Both the position numbers and the translations under genes were made by a program. The notes beneath the pieces are model-generated. The model had not been told where the DNA came from, did no database searches, and saw nothing but the letters and a program-made list of their open reading frames with translations. Shown here piece after piece: positions 49,595 through 62,690 of a stretch of 64,000 nt of DNA. Positions within the stretch are counted from its first letter, which is position 1. Each line of letters starts with the position of its first letter. Where the stretch lies: NCBI GenBank assembly GCA_051530055.1, contig CM121342.1, positions 11,175,480 through 11,239,479 of the forward strand, in the 5' to 3' direction. This DNA comes from Neoechinorhynchus agilis (taxonomy: Eukaryota; Animalia; Acanthocephala).

Positions 49595-51332
49595 GATTTT
49601 GTTAGTGTCTTAGAAGTAGAATTCCTGTGCTTATATACAAATCACCTTAAATATGGACAGTCGCGACTATGATAACTTTCGCATGCTATCTTTAGATAAT
49701 TTCTAGACTATGCATAATATAATGCTTGTGCATAATATGGCTTCCATCGTCTACATTTGGACATTGCGGAGATTGGTTAATGTCGTATTGGACTGACAAT
49801 TGACAAGTGAAGAACTGATTTGAAGGGCTTATCTAGACTATAGCCATGAAAATGACGCGTCGGCGCAATTTTATTGGATTTCGAGCAATAACGGATGAAG
49901 CCAAACATTTTTGAGATTAAATTGTCTGTTGTTTCATTCTTTTCATTCAAATAGTTTTAGCAAAAACCGTAAGAGTATTGCAATGCATGTAGGCGTAGAA
50001 ATTTCGAAGAACTGTCACATATAAAGATTTTTTCAAGAAATTAAAATAATATACGCTTCATTATGATGTCAAGCGTAAGGCCATATCAAAGCAAGACGAA
50101 GAAATGATCAAAAATTATCTGTATAGTTGATATTTTAAGTAAATTTATTCTTCATCCGAGCATCTATTTCAACAATAATGCAAAGAATAATTCTGCCCTT
50201 AAGGAAAGCCGAAATTTCATTTTAAAGGAAAATTTGAGGTATTTTTATCTTATTATAGTAGACGTCAACTTTACGTTTTTTGTCGTTTCACAGTATTCTA
50301 CTTTAGGTGTCTAATTCAAAAAGCATATTTTTAAATTTTACGCTTACATCTGATTTTTGATTGAATAGTATTTTAAGCGCTCTGTCAATTATTGCCCATC
50401 TTTATTATCGAATCCGAACAAAATCTTTTAAATGAAAGCAATTTTCTATTTACAAAATCCGAAGAAAGCAAGATTGAAATCTCTTTTTTTCGTTAGCCGC
50501 TTTAATTTTCGTTTTGAGAGGGAAATTACAGGTCATTGAATAAGAGATGTAAACTGAAATTGAATTCATTCCAAGAGATTTTAAGATTATAGAACTGCAA
50601 AAAATATTCATAGTTTAAATTGATTGCGACGTTCAAGATCGTGAAATACATTTGGCAAAATGTGAAAAGCGATCGATCGACAATAAACCATAAAGAGGTG
50701 AGTTTTATGCAATTCTCGCGATGTTTTGCTCAACAAATCAAAATGGTTAAACTCAATCAAGAAAAATTAGGTTATAATAACACGTTTATTTGTTAAAATA
50801 CGAATTCTCTGTTCTGTATGAATAAAAGCTCACGAATAACTTCAAATCACTTATCTTTCGATCAGCTTTGCAATATTTTTAATGGTCCAATCAACCAAAA
50901 GCATTCGGTTTCAAGGTTTAAGAACCAACACTTACAACCGCTGAGCGTCTTAATGTGACTGTGAAAAATATTGTGAATATCGTAGAAATCGACCCACGTC
51001 TCTAACGTTTTGACAACCGATTTAGTCATCGTATCCCGAAGAAAAGATAACTGTGCTTAATTTTTTGTAATGGATGGCTGAAACTCACGTTTATAGAGAG
51101 GTCATTCTAAAATAACGAATCCAGTGAGGGTTTTTTTCTGAATGTATCCCGTTGTGAAGCTTCCATTAACACCGGTCGAGGATTCGATCAACTATGATTG
51201 ATTTGCTTGATTTTTTGTGTGAAAACTGCACATATAGAAATGCCTCTGAAAGCAGCAAAACATTTTGTTCATCTGAATATTTAGAGGAGCTTCACGTTCC
51301 TCTTTAAAACGGGTTTTCGCTCTTTTCTAAAG

Positions 51333-54300
51333 ATGCTAAACCATTTCTCTCATGTTCCCATCACGGCGGTCGCTTCGATGCCGAACAGTGAAACATTTCT
51401 AGCTGGTTTGTTTGTTTGTTTTATACTCTCTCTCTCATTTTGTGAATTTCATAGGGATGGGATCTGACGTTATTGTATTGACTTCTGGTTCAAAAATAAT
51501 GAGAATCAAAAATGTTCTCCCTTTTGGTGCTCCTGTTCATGTGATAAAAACTGATACGAGAATTATTGCGATCGCCGGTCAAAATAATCTCGCATTTATG
51601 AAAATCGGGGATTTTCGAGTCTACAAAACGCTTGCAACCGATGAATGGATTCTGGATATATACTTAGATTCGAACAATGACACATTTACCGTCGTGGAAA
51701 TGAATTCTACGATAACAATTTTTGATGCTGCCCTTAAAAAAGTAAAATCGGTTCAACCATTCAATCACGTGAATATGCTCTATGCTGCTAGGTTTTTTTC
51801 GACCAACGACCGCAGTGTTAAGTTAGCGTCCGCAGTTACTCTGAAAGGTCTGCAGGTATGGGCAGATAATGAATATTTGTTTCAAAGCGATGAAGATCCA
51901 CTTATTTACGATATTGACGTTCATCACAGCGGTTGCTATATCGCCACCGCTGGAGCCGATCGATCAGTTAAATTGTGGACGATTGTAGGTCTCATGGATT
52001 AATGTATTATCGAGCAAAAGGATTTTTCCTTAGTTCAGCATGAAATGACCATATTTGCACGTGACCATATAATTTTTTAATTAAATTCGAAATCGCATTT
52101 CCACTTACCTCAATCTCTTATTATTAAAAGGTTGCTCATGAGCATTGCCACTTCGTCGCAATACATCGATCTTTTACAAAATTCGTTCTTATGATACATT
52201 GATCCTATAAACAAAGCTAGATGGGAAGCTATATCCTCCAAATACGGGCACGAGTCTCGTGTTTGGAAGGTCGCATTTTCTCCAGAACTACCTCGTTTGG
52301 CAAGTTGTGGCGAAGACTGCGTCGTTTGCGTTTGGTCCACAGAAAACGATGAGCTGAGTCTCTCGATGAGACTGGAGGTCCACGGAAGTTCAGGGAGATT
52401 CGAGCAGTGCGTGTGGTGCATTTGTTGGGCTTCTGAGAGCGTAATAATCGGTTGTTCAGATGGAAAAGCGTTAAAACTTGAAGTTGCTAATAATAAGACA
52501 TTTTCTGGTACTTGGAATAGTATCGAAAGTATTGTGCAACCTCGTCACTGTGCAATCGTTAATAGAAGGGAAGTACTCGTTATGATGAAGGACGGTAGCC
52601 TGAATGTCACATCAGGTCTAATAGAATATACTAAAATTAGAGAACCATCGATCGAATTTTGCAGTTGTGCGTTTCATGTCAGGCTAGACGATGAAACAAA
52701 TATATTTGTCAGCGTAAAAGGATACTATCTTTATGTTTATGCATCGCAGGATGGTGCATTTAAAATTCACGCCTCACAGTTATCAATGAAACGAATTGCT
52801 AACATTCGACTATGTTCAAAGGATTGGATATTGTGTCAGGATGAAGACAAAACTAAAATGGTTAGTCCTTAGACGATAGATTGAGGGAAACTTCCTTGAC
52901 TTATTAATAGATTACGATTTTGCCTACAAAGGAAAACTATTTCTTGTAATTTTAGTGACTACCCTTTATTGTGTTACTTCTCACGTAGAGAACGGGGGGT
53001 TACATGAAATTTTTGATTTTTTCTTATAAGTTACATATTTTCTTGCTTAGCATTTATGGTATGATTGCTAAACTTCTCAAAATGCATTCGAGCCATACAG
53101 TCGATCCAGTAGTAGCGTTTAAACTAGTTTTTAGGCTTTTTATATGACCCACATGAGCTCAATTATTTTATTTTATTTACAGACTGTTTTCAAACTCAAA
53201 GAAGAACATATAATCAAGCGGCTAGATGTAGATTTCCGATTCAAACGGCAGATAACCTGCGCTCATGTTGTAATACTTTCTGGAAAACCAATTTTCCTTG
53301 TCGGATGCTATGATGGATATGTACTTTCTGTAAATGAATATCGTATACCAGAAAGAGTATCGACAAAGTTCGGTCATACTTTGGCTGTGAACTGCTTGTT
53401 TTCTTTGGAAAATTCAAATCAAGTCTTCTCAGGTGGCGATGATGGAATGATATGCGAATATCATGTTACAAACAATGAACCTTACGTTCAACTTATTCGG
53501 TATGTTCATGTCATAAATCGATGCAGAATTGAACGCTTTTTGGCAGCTGATAAACTAGCTTGCTTTCTATCAAACAAACTACAAATACTTGATAACTTCT
53601 CTTCGAATACTTTCTCTTATATTGTGACTGGTAGCCATCTGATGGGCAGTTCAAAGAGATCGTATGATATCTTTGTTCAAAAAGATGAAGCGCTTGTCAC
53701 TTACATCCGAGAAAAGAAGCTTCATATAGGTCGCTTTGGTCTGACTAGGGTTAAATGTCTTCTGCACGGATTCTGACATTGATTCTCGGAATCGGATTTT
53801 TCCATACAAAACCACCCATTAAAATGATCTGCGCCCGTTCTGTAATATCATCGTAAAGTGAAGTCTTGAAGATTTGTCGCAATTCTAAACTTTTAATGTA
53901 GCTGCATATCCTAATGCTTAAATTGTGTAAGCATTACTCCCAAAAGTTCCTTTTAAATCTCTGTCGAATTTCGCTCCACGATTCTTGATATCACCTTAAA
54001 ACCATTGCAAAAATATTATCTTTAAGCCATTAAACCATGCGTTGAATGTTATAGAAACGAATTTTAGTATATAGCCATTGCTGAAAGTGTTAGAACTTTG
54101 AATACTGCTGTTACGTATGAACTCAAAATCTAATAACAGTCGATCTAAAAAGAAAATAGTTGCACACTCCTCTTGTTGTTTTGCCAGAATTCAATCTGGT
54201 TCATTGCTCGCCAACGTTATTTTTGCCCTAAAGTGCGTACGGTCAAAAATAAATATTACTAAAATGAAATGAGTGCGACGTTATCGTCGATTGATTTTTT

Positions 54301-55444
54301 CTGTGGCTTGGAGGTTCCAGTAATTTGTTCATTTTGAAACCGTAATTTTGAGAATCAGTGCCTCGTTTACATAACGCAATCGTACGCTCTGCGGTTTTAC
54401 TTCCATCAAAATGTTCAGTCCAAGGATTCATTACTGCATCAGATGACCACAGAGTTTCGTTAAGTTATACGGACAACCATTATAACCTCGCAAAATCTTG
54501 GACAATCTTCGAATCTTTAAGTTCTTGTTTAGACTTAAAAGTCTATAATTCCATTATTGGAAAACAACTGTTATTTACTTGTGGCGGCCGTCTTCAAGTA
54601 GCTGCAATCGATTTAGTCACTATGGGAATCGTAGATGTTTTTGATTTTCAAAAAATGAGAAACGTGAGGCACAACGTCGAACGAGACGTTGATGCCAAAC
54701 TGAATGCACTGTGGATCTTTGACGAAGGGACGCTATTTCTGGTAGGCAATGATTGCATCGTGAGGTAAAGAAATCTATTAAGAACGTCTCCACTCACCGT
54801 GTTCCATTATAGGACATTAAAATTTGATGAAAACACATTTTCCCGCCCTGCAATCAGTAGACAACCTTTTACTTCGAGTTTGCTGTGCGTATCGGGTCTT
54901 GATAAATCGACCGCCGTTGTGGGCTCAGCTAGTGGTGCCGTATATGTTCTCCATGTTTGCAGTCTTCTCGTAAATATGGAGATAGATGAAAGAGAACATG
55001 GTGCAGTGTGTTGCATCGGTAAGTCTTCATTTCTCTTGCCTTATTATCTCCAGCCCAAACAGCAACGAAATCGCAACTAATTGTATGTGGACATGACAGT
55101 GGAAGCATTGTGTGCTCAGAGATCTCCAAAAACAACATCCATAGCACAAAGTGGATAATCCATCCTCACCAAAGCTCCGTCACAGGTCCTAACAAAATTC
55201 AGGATAACACTTTCGAAAATCGGTTTTTCTAGGTATAACTTTCAAAGACGCAAACAAGATTGTGAGCATCTCTACTGATCAACGGGTAAAAGAATATCAA
55301 ATGGACGATAATGACTGCCCAAAAATATTGAGCACCCGTATTACTGACGTAGCCGACGTTCAAGGTCTTTCAATCTATGAAAATAACCTTTTGATATATG
55401 GATTAGGTGTTGAAATTTTTAATGAAAATAATGACCAGTCTTAA
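51333..55444 (+). CDS. WDR6: WD40 protein WDR6 (Trm734 orthologue), multi-exon
   Basis: HVPITAV...LAGMG start, ATAGADRSVKLW, GHESRVW, LASCGEDC, LH..I, ASDD, CGGR, HQSSVTG, SISTDQRV; all junctions have GT-AG solutions. Confidence 0.75.
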
Positions 55445-56122
55445 ATCTATAAACGCATTTGGTCCTTCAAGCTCGCGTTGACACAGAAAGCGATGTCTCT
55501 AATCACTTTAAGAATCGAAGAAATTAATCTATCGATTTTAATATTGTTCATTTACGATATTATTCACAGAATTGCTTTCTTAGCTGCTAAACTATAAACG
55601 ACTTTTCAGCATGCAACTGGTATTCCTATTGCGGCATGGTGGCATCAAACTTCAAACTAATTAAAATCTCTGTATTTCTAAGGTATTAGGGAAGGAATGT
55701 AGAGTAGGCCGTAAATATCTATTCGTTCAATAGGTATCCAATAGGATTTGTTGAGCAAACTGGTTGGATATTATAACACAGAAGGTCTCTTTATCCATGT
55801 TAAAATTTCTGTGAATTATACTTCAAGTAATTATAAACTCGAATCTATAATGATAAAGATGTTTGAAAGTTTGAGTTGTAAAATTTTCGCATGATTCTCA
55901 ATTTATCATTTGTATTTATTCACCGCCAAGACGTTAATCATTGAACTTGCCCAGATACGTTTGCGTAATTATCGCCAGAATGAAAAACCATTATTTACAA
56001 GACAAGGTTTAACGCATCCCGTGTATGATTCACGGTTAGTTTTAGCTCATTAGCTAAAAACTTGGTGAAAAACATTTGGATTTAAAACGTAAAAACATAG
56101 CTTTTTGTCTTTCAATTCAACA

Positions 56123-59100
56123 ATGAGTACGACGACTCCGAACATTCCCTACGAAACGCCAATGGAATCAATCCGAAGTTTGTTCGCGAAAGTAATACAT
56201 GAAAGTTATGGGTTAGATGGTACTGGAATAAAATTATTAGCCGGCCGCGCTAATGGCTTTCGATGCGCTTGTGCTTTCGATTTGGCAAAACAACTTATGC
56301 TATATCCGTCGACTGTTGCTGACACAATTGCCATTAACCTAAAAACCGTTGCACATGGAACATTCGTAGATGGCGGAAGCATTTTAGTTACTGGGAAAGG
56401 AGATATATTTTTTGATTTATGCAAAGTCAAACTACCGCAGTTGTTGTCATCTTTGTAAACTTCCTGAGCATTTTCTAGTATCGCACCGAATGTAGCTCTC
56501 GTTTTTGGTTCTTTAAAAAGGTTGAGCCTAAAGATTTTAGAAGGGAATACTTTCAAAATCATTTTTTCTATCAAACGAGATTTTTTGCGCTGATTCAACC
56601 AAGATATCCAAAACTTACACTACCAAAATATATTTTGAATATCTATTATGTGGTTACGATGGGTGCTCATTAGTCTGTGATGGTAGACGAAAACTCCAGC
56701 CAATAGGCGGTCGAAACCACAGACTGTATTTTTAAATTTCAAGTCGTTTTTAACTGTCCGCGCATTCCGTCTAAACTAATGTTTATTCCGACCTCTAAGC
56801 ATTTTGAAATTCAGCATGTTTGATTCTCACGTCCTTGCAAATCCACAAAGTTATAAAATTTCTTAGGATAGAAAACTACTGCTATAATTCAGTATTTAAA
56901 TGCCATTTTACAGCGTAAAGATGATCGTGATATGATTCATCTACCCCCATTCCAACCCCATGGTCAAAAAATTATAATGGAATACCCATCTTTGACGATT
57001 CCCGTTGAAGTGCATGCCGGTCACTTAAGATCAGTGATTATTGGCGAATCCATAAACCGTATACTGACCAAATTAGGAAATGAGGTCACAGTTGTCAATC
57101 AGATCAGTGATATGGGGAAGCATATTGGAATGGTTATTGCTCAAATCCAAAACAAACGCCATTTAGATATCGATCTCAACCACTATACGAATAAACTCTC
57201 TTTCGAGGATATAATGAATATAAAGGATGAAGCGAAACCTAAATTTCTTCAGGGCGAAAAGTTCTGCAGGAAATGCGTAAATGTTGCGAAACGATTACAG
57301 GATCGGAAGCAAGGTGAAATGAAAATTTGGAAACATATCCGAGACAAGTGCATGTCTAATTTCTACGATGCATTACAAGGATTCAACCTTAAAATTCTCG
57401 ATCGCGGGGAATCCTTTTTCGTGGATTATGTTGAGGAAATGATGAAGGAAATGCAACTGAAAGGTCTTTTAAGAAACGAATATGATTGCGTTGTAATGCA
57501 CGTTAAGCCAATCGAAGAAGAGGAATTACCTCTTATACTGCAGGACAGTGATTTGCTCTATACAAGAAATTGCTATGAACTAGCCGCCCTAAAGTATCGA
57601 ATTATTCAAGACAAAGCAGAATGCATACTATACATTCTTACTTCATCAAAGTCTTGCCACCTTCAAGATATTTTCAAAGCTGCTCGATTAGCGGGATGGA
57701 TAGACGACAAAATGCACCGGCTGGTTCATATTGATTTTGGGCTCGCTCTTGGTCTGGATTTAAAGAAAATGAATTACAATTCAGGCGATAACTTAAGAAG
57801 GAACTTAAAGACCCTGAAATTTTTAAAATTTATTCTATTTTTTTGGTGAAACTATTTCGCTTTTCATTCCTGTAAACATCCCGACGTTGCCAGTATACTG
57901 GCAGCGTTGCCTAGCTGTATCGCGATTGCGATTCGTTGAGCGAGAAAATTTCTCGAGCGCGGTTCCCCCGTCATCCTTTTCGTCCTTCGTTCCAATTCGT
58001 CGAGGAGAGTGAGCGCTGATGGTCCCAAGGCTCCATGCGTTTCCACGGCAAAAGGGACGAAATGGTAATTCCTTAATAGCTCTCTATATTTTGAACGCTT
58101 TCGTTCCTCAGCTACGACCGCTGAACATCCAGGGCTCTTTTTTGAAAAGGGAAAATTACTGGGCGCAAGCGTGTCCACACAAGTCGCTTCCCATAAAAGC
58201 GGTTTTCCCCCCCGCCATGGAAAAACCGTGACACCGTCAGGTCGCTTGCTGTTTAGGCGGCATAAATTACTCGGCTCTAGAATATTGGGCACGTGAAAGG
58301 AATCTAGGGCTCTACTCAAAATTGAGTAATTTTTAAATAAAAAGCAAAGCGCAATCGCAAACCAAGGAAATCAATTAACATTTTAATTCAGCAGCTAAGA
58401 TATAGAGTATTGAACTAATACGTTAAGATGATCACTCCGGTAATGCCGATTATTTGTTGTTATTTTTTAGAGCTAATTCAAGGTCATATTAAGCATAATT
58501 TTCGAAGCATCTTATTGATTTAAAAGCATTTAAAGATAATTCACGATGAATTGTATTTCGAGCAATTAAAAATGAATGTAGTTCAATGAAATAATAAAGC
58601 CACGTAACAGATAACGATTAAAAGAACGTTATCGTTCGAAGCTGTAAAAATAATTTAATTTTAACTTTTCTATATAAACCTTATTCTACCCCAAAAATTC
58701 AGTTTATTTCAGAATCTTAAATTCCTTCCATTAGAAGTTAAAACATATCTTGAATACACTCTTGATGTAATCAAGAACAGGATTGAATTCGATCGACCCA
58801 ATTACAATCGTTTGGACGATTTGATAATAGATGCTAATGTTAAGTCAACGGCTTATGGATTCACAAAGTTCAGAGAACTTTTACATAAACGCACTCAGCA
58901 TCGCTTATATTCGTTCAGCGCTTTAATCGACATAAATGGCAAACCATTTTATCCAATGTACGCATTTGCGCGCATTCAATCGATAAAAAGAAAGATACCA
59001 GTGGAGGATCAAAGTGATGATCGTATTTTTAACAGTCTTGAGAATGAAATTTTTACGCGGAAAGAGGAATGGAGCCTACTAGTGAAAATAATGATGCATG

Positions 59101-59339
59101 AAGATGTTGTCTACAAAGTCGTCAAGGACTTTCGCTTAAACTTAATCTGTGAATATCTTTTCGACCTGGCGAAAGTGTTTAACAAATTCTACCATACGTG
59201 CTATTGTATTGAGATATGCAAGGGCAAAGATGAAGTTAAAACGATTCACTACAATCGATTTGCTCTTTGTATAGCGACCGAATATGTGATGAAAACTTTA
59301 TTCTATATGTTGGCTATTGAACCTCCCGATTACATGTAA
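56123..59339 (+). CDS. Cytosolic arginyl-tRNA synthetase-like protein with degenerate active site
   Basis: HAGHLRS.IIGES, RGESFF, AGW, FG..LG, YAFARIQSI, DALR-like C domain (ICEYLFDLAKVFNKFYHTC) and terminal Met. Confidence 0.85.
57864..58319 (-). mobile_element. CRE-like non-LTR 3' fragment (REL endonuclease), antisense in an ArgRS-like intron
   Basis: LEP...KRPDG.T.FPW..GK.LLWEATCVDT, F.PFAVETHG.LG. Confidence 0.8.
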
Positions 59340-59425
59340 GCTTTTTAGAGAATAAAAAGTTACTTTTGTTAGTATGGTGCTATGAGTTAAGTTGCAGTTA
59401 GCCGTGGATTAGAAAGGAAACCAAA

Positions 59426-59521
59426 CTCCCATCATTCTTGCACACACTCCCGTCGGTCTTGCGTACACTCTCATCAGTCTCGCGTGCGTACGGATGGGAG
59501 TATGTGCTAAAGCGATGGGAG
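59426..59521 (+). ncRNA. 96-nt imperfect stem-loop, candidate structured RNA
   Basis: CTCCCATC/GATGGGAG, GCACACACTCCC/GGGAGTATGTGC and TGCGTAC/GTGCGTA stems, with G-U pairs on the plus strand. Confidence 0.4.
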
Positions 59522-60129
59522 GCCGAAAATGGGAATCGCAACGAAATCGACTGGGCTCTATCGTAATACAAAATTACTCCTATTATTTAATGGTTTTAAA
59601 GGAATTCGTAAAAAAGTTTTTCATTTTTTGAATCATTCAATCGAGTTCTGCTATTATGTAATGAAAACTCGATCCATTTCGGATCCCAATGTGGTGGTTT
59701 CGAATCGAGGCATCGATTAAATTCCGTCCATTTGAGAACCTGTTCAAATTAAATAAATTAAAATTAAAAGATGCTGATTTTAAAGATATAATTTTTGTCG
59801 TTATTTAAATTTTTTCAATTAAAATTTATTAATTGTTTTTAATTCTAATCTGTTTCAAAAACCTAGATGTATATATTATGATCAGCAATAATTACAGATT
59901 TCAAATATCAGATTTTTATCTTGATTTAAATTTGTCATATTTCCTTTAATTTTTAACGGGCGTTGACCCAAACAATAATTCTAATCATATTTCCCGGTAC
60001 CTTACATATCGACATTGATTTTTTAAAATTTTCGGCTCTTCCTATCGCCAGATGTGTGAGAAAACAGCGGTCGCTTTTTGATCGTTTGATTCTCAGGATT
60101 TAAATTTTTTGGTGCCATTACCGTCGCTG

Positions 60130-60668
60130 CGGGACTTCGTTCGGGCATAAATTTCTAAGGCTTATATACATGTCGATGCGGTGACACAGTGAACAGGTCG
60201 GGAACTCACGGCCTGGAGTGCAAGCATTCAAATGCTCGCCAAGCACGGCACTCAGCAGTTAACCGCATAATCAAGGAAGCCCTCTCAACGGCCGGTTCTT
60301 CCGCTCGACTCGAACCAGTCAGATTTTCCCGGAGCGACTGTAAATGCCCGGATGGAGCGACTCTCCTCCCGTGGTGTTCCGGGAAAATACTGATTTGGAA
60401 TTTTACTTGCCTCAACAGGCTCGCAGCGTCCCACTTACGGGATGCCACTTCAAAGCCGGGAGCAGTCGCCGGCTTCAGCGAGGAAAAGAAGCGTCATAAG
60501 TACCCGCTCGATGGGCATCAATATATATTCATCCCGACCCGGCTAGGAAAGATGCTGAAATATGCCACCGGCGACATGCGCTGCAGCAGCTTCCTGATGC
60601 ATCGAATCAGCGCGCCGATCCAACGCGACAATGTCGCGGCTGTCAAGGAAGCTGCCGAACAATCATGA
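60130..60668 (+). mobile_element. CRE-like non-LTR 3' fragment (zinc knuckle and REL)
   Basis: HGLEC...RH..V, LEP, PDG.T..PW..GK.LIW.FTC. Confidence 0.8.
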
Positions 60669-60779
60669 CAGTTGCAGAATTTGACTTTGCTTTAAGTAAT
60701 CTTATTTTCTAAAACAATTACAACAGTGATTTGTTCATAGATTTCATTTTTGCTTTCGACACAGTCCCAAGTACGCTTG

Positions 60780-62560
60780 CGCCATTCCCTCTTTGTATCG
60801 CAAGCGATATGTTTTGTAGGAGAAAGGTGGGAGCTCTAATGTCATTTATTACTTCAATTAACCGCTTACTCAGCTGACGCATATAAAAGCCTTAGCCATG
60901 CGTCCATGTGCGATCCGAAGGTCTCCACACCGAAAAGGCATAAAAATATGGGAGTCCTCCGTGAGATCGCCATACTTTGTTATTTTTTTAAGTTTAGCTG
61001 CCGAGGCTGCTCCTCCGGATTCGACGGACGCCTCTTTCACGTTGCTGGCAGTCAAGAAATCGACACAGGTTGCGTCCCATAGCAGCAGACATTTTCCTTG
61101 TGCCAGGGAAAAATAGTAACACCATCCGGTCAATGACCATCATCCAGTCTGCATATATGGTTTGGCTCCGGATATTCGGCGGCGCGTGTGCCGTGTCTTA
61201 AAGGCGCGACTGCTAATCATATTGTTCATTTCCGCGTGTCTCGCGAATCGACCGCTTACATGCCAGGCCATGTCTTCCTGTGGCGTCTACACGGCGATGC
61301 TGCATCTGCATGTGTATTTGGAACACAGATTGCTAATCCAAGCCTCAAGGACATCGCGATTTTCAGGATTTCACTACCTATCGAGTTCCGAGTGAAGCGT
61401 CGGGGAGGGCGTTCAAGAGTTCTTTGCAGGATACTGCAGTTAATCGCATTCTATCCAGCATGGAGAGCGAATCTTTAAGTGAGTTGTGAACTCGCTCAGC
61501 CAATGAAATATCCCACGGCCTCTGTTTTTCCAGGTGCTCTGGAACCTCTGTTTTGTTCGAAAGAGTCTGCTCCACTGATCCACTGCCAGCTGCAAATTGG
61601 GATCCTCTTGATAACCTTCGGCTGATATTAATTGGATTAGTGGGAGGCATCTTGCTAAGGAGGAAAGGAAGGACGGAAATACCAATTCCTCCAAAATTAA
61701 CGGGACGTCTGTCCAACCTGAATCCGGGAGTTGCACATGTCGTCACACTGTTTTAATCTGTCCTCATATTGGAAAAAGGGTACTGACCGTAATTTGTAGA
61801 GTAGTTTCGGTATGTATTGGCAGTTCTTAAGGAGAAATAAAGCTTCATAAGGAGATAATTCCGATAGTCGGTTACACATGAGCTCTGTTGAAAGCTTGAT
61901 CTCATTTAAATCGTCGGGTATGTTCTCATCAAGGACACAACTGTAAAGTAGACGCAGACCGGATTTGGTTATGAGCTGTATGCCTGGAGCAACCTTCTCA
62001 AAATCACTCCAAATACGCCAACAGTCGTTATCTCCACAATTCAAAGCCAGTAACTCACGTTTGCGAGGGCGTTGAAATTGGACTGGAGAGAGTGGGCCAT
62101 ATGGTTTATTGTCAAAGCGAAACGCAGAGGTTCCGAAGGATCCCCTGTTGAACACCGAATTGTGACCAAATAAGATCATTTCCGAAGACAAGGAGAGTGC
62201 TACAACTACAAGCTGAATGGAAGTAGGGTAATACCTCCGGGAGATTACTACGGACTGCTCGAATCAAGGTTCCACGTCAATAGTGTTGAAGGCGTTGGCG
62301 AAGTCGCATTTGTGCACGATTTGAATATCCTAGCCAGTATTAACAAAGGTACGCAAAGCATGCACAATCACCTCGGCTCCACAATGTGAGCAGCATCCGA
62401 GTTGTACTGGCCATGGAATGTGGCCCGCTTCTTCTGTTACTCTTTTGGAAAGTATCTTGCTCGTAAGCCGGTGAAGGGTAGTGCCGATAGCAATGGGACG
62501 ATTCCCACAGCGACGAAATATGAAGGAACAGGTGCAGAAAAACAAAAGGAGCTATCAATA
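60780..62560 (-). mobile_element. Decayed CRE-like non-LTR element (RT and REL)
   Basis: RPIAIG.TL.RL, QLG, DFANAFNTI, GVQQGDP, LLWDATCVD; multiple frameshifts. Confidence 0.8.
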
Positions 62561-62588
62561 GTAAAGTCACTGTTATAATAAACATTTC

Positions 62589-62690
62589 GGTACTTGGGTA
62601 TTATATCGACCACTCCCCAGTTTTCACACACTATCGTTACACAAAAACAAGGCACGAACTGGGGAGTGCTCGATATAACACCCAAGTACC
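62589..62690. mobile_element. 102-bp MITE with 34-bp TIRs and 8-bp TSD, Merlin-like ends
   Basis: GGTACTTGGG...CCCAAGTACC flanked by AACATTTC at 62581-62588 and 62691-62698. Confidence 0.85.
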
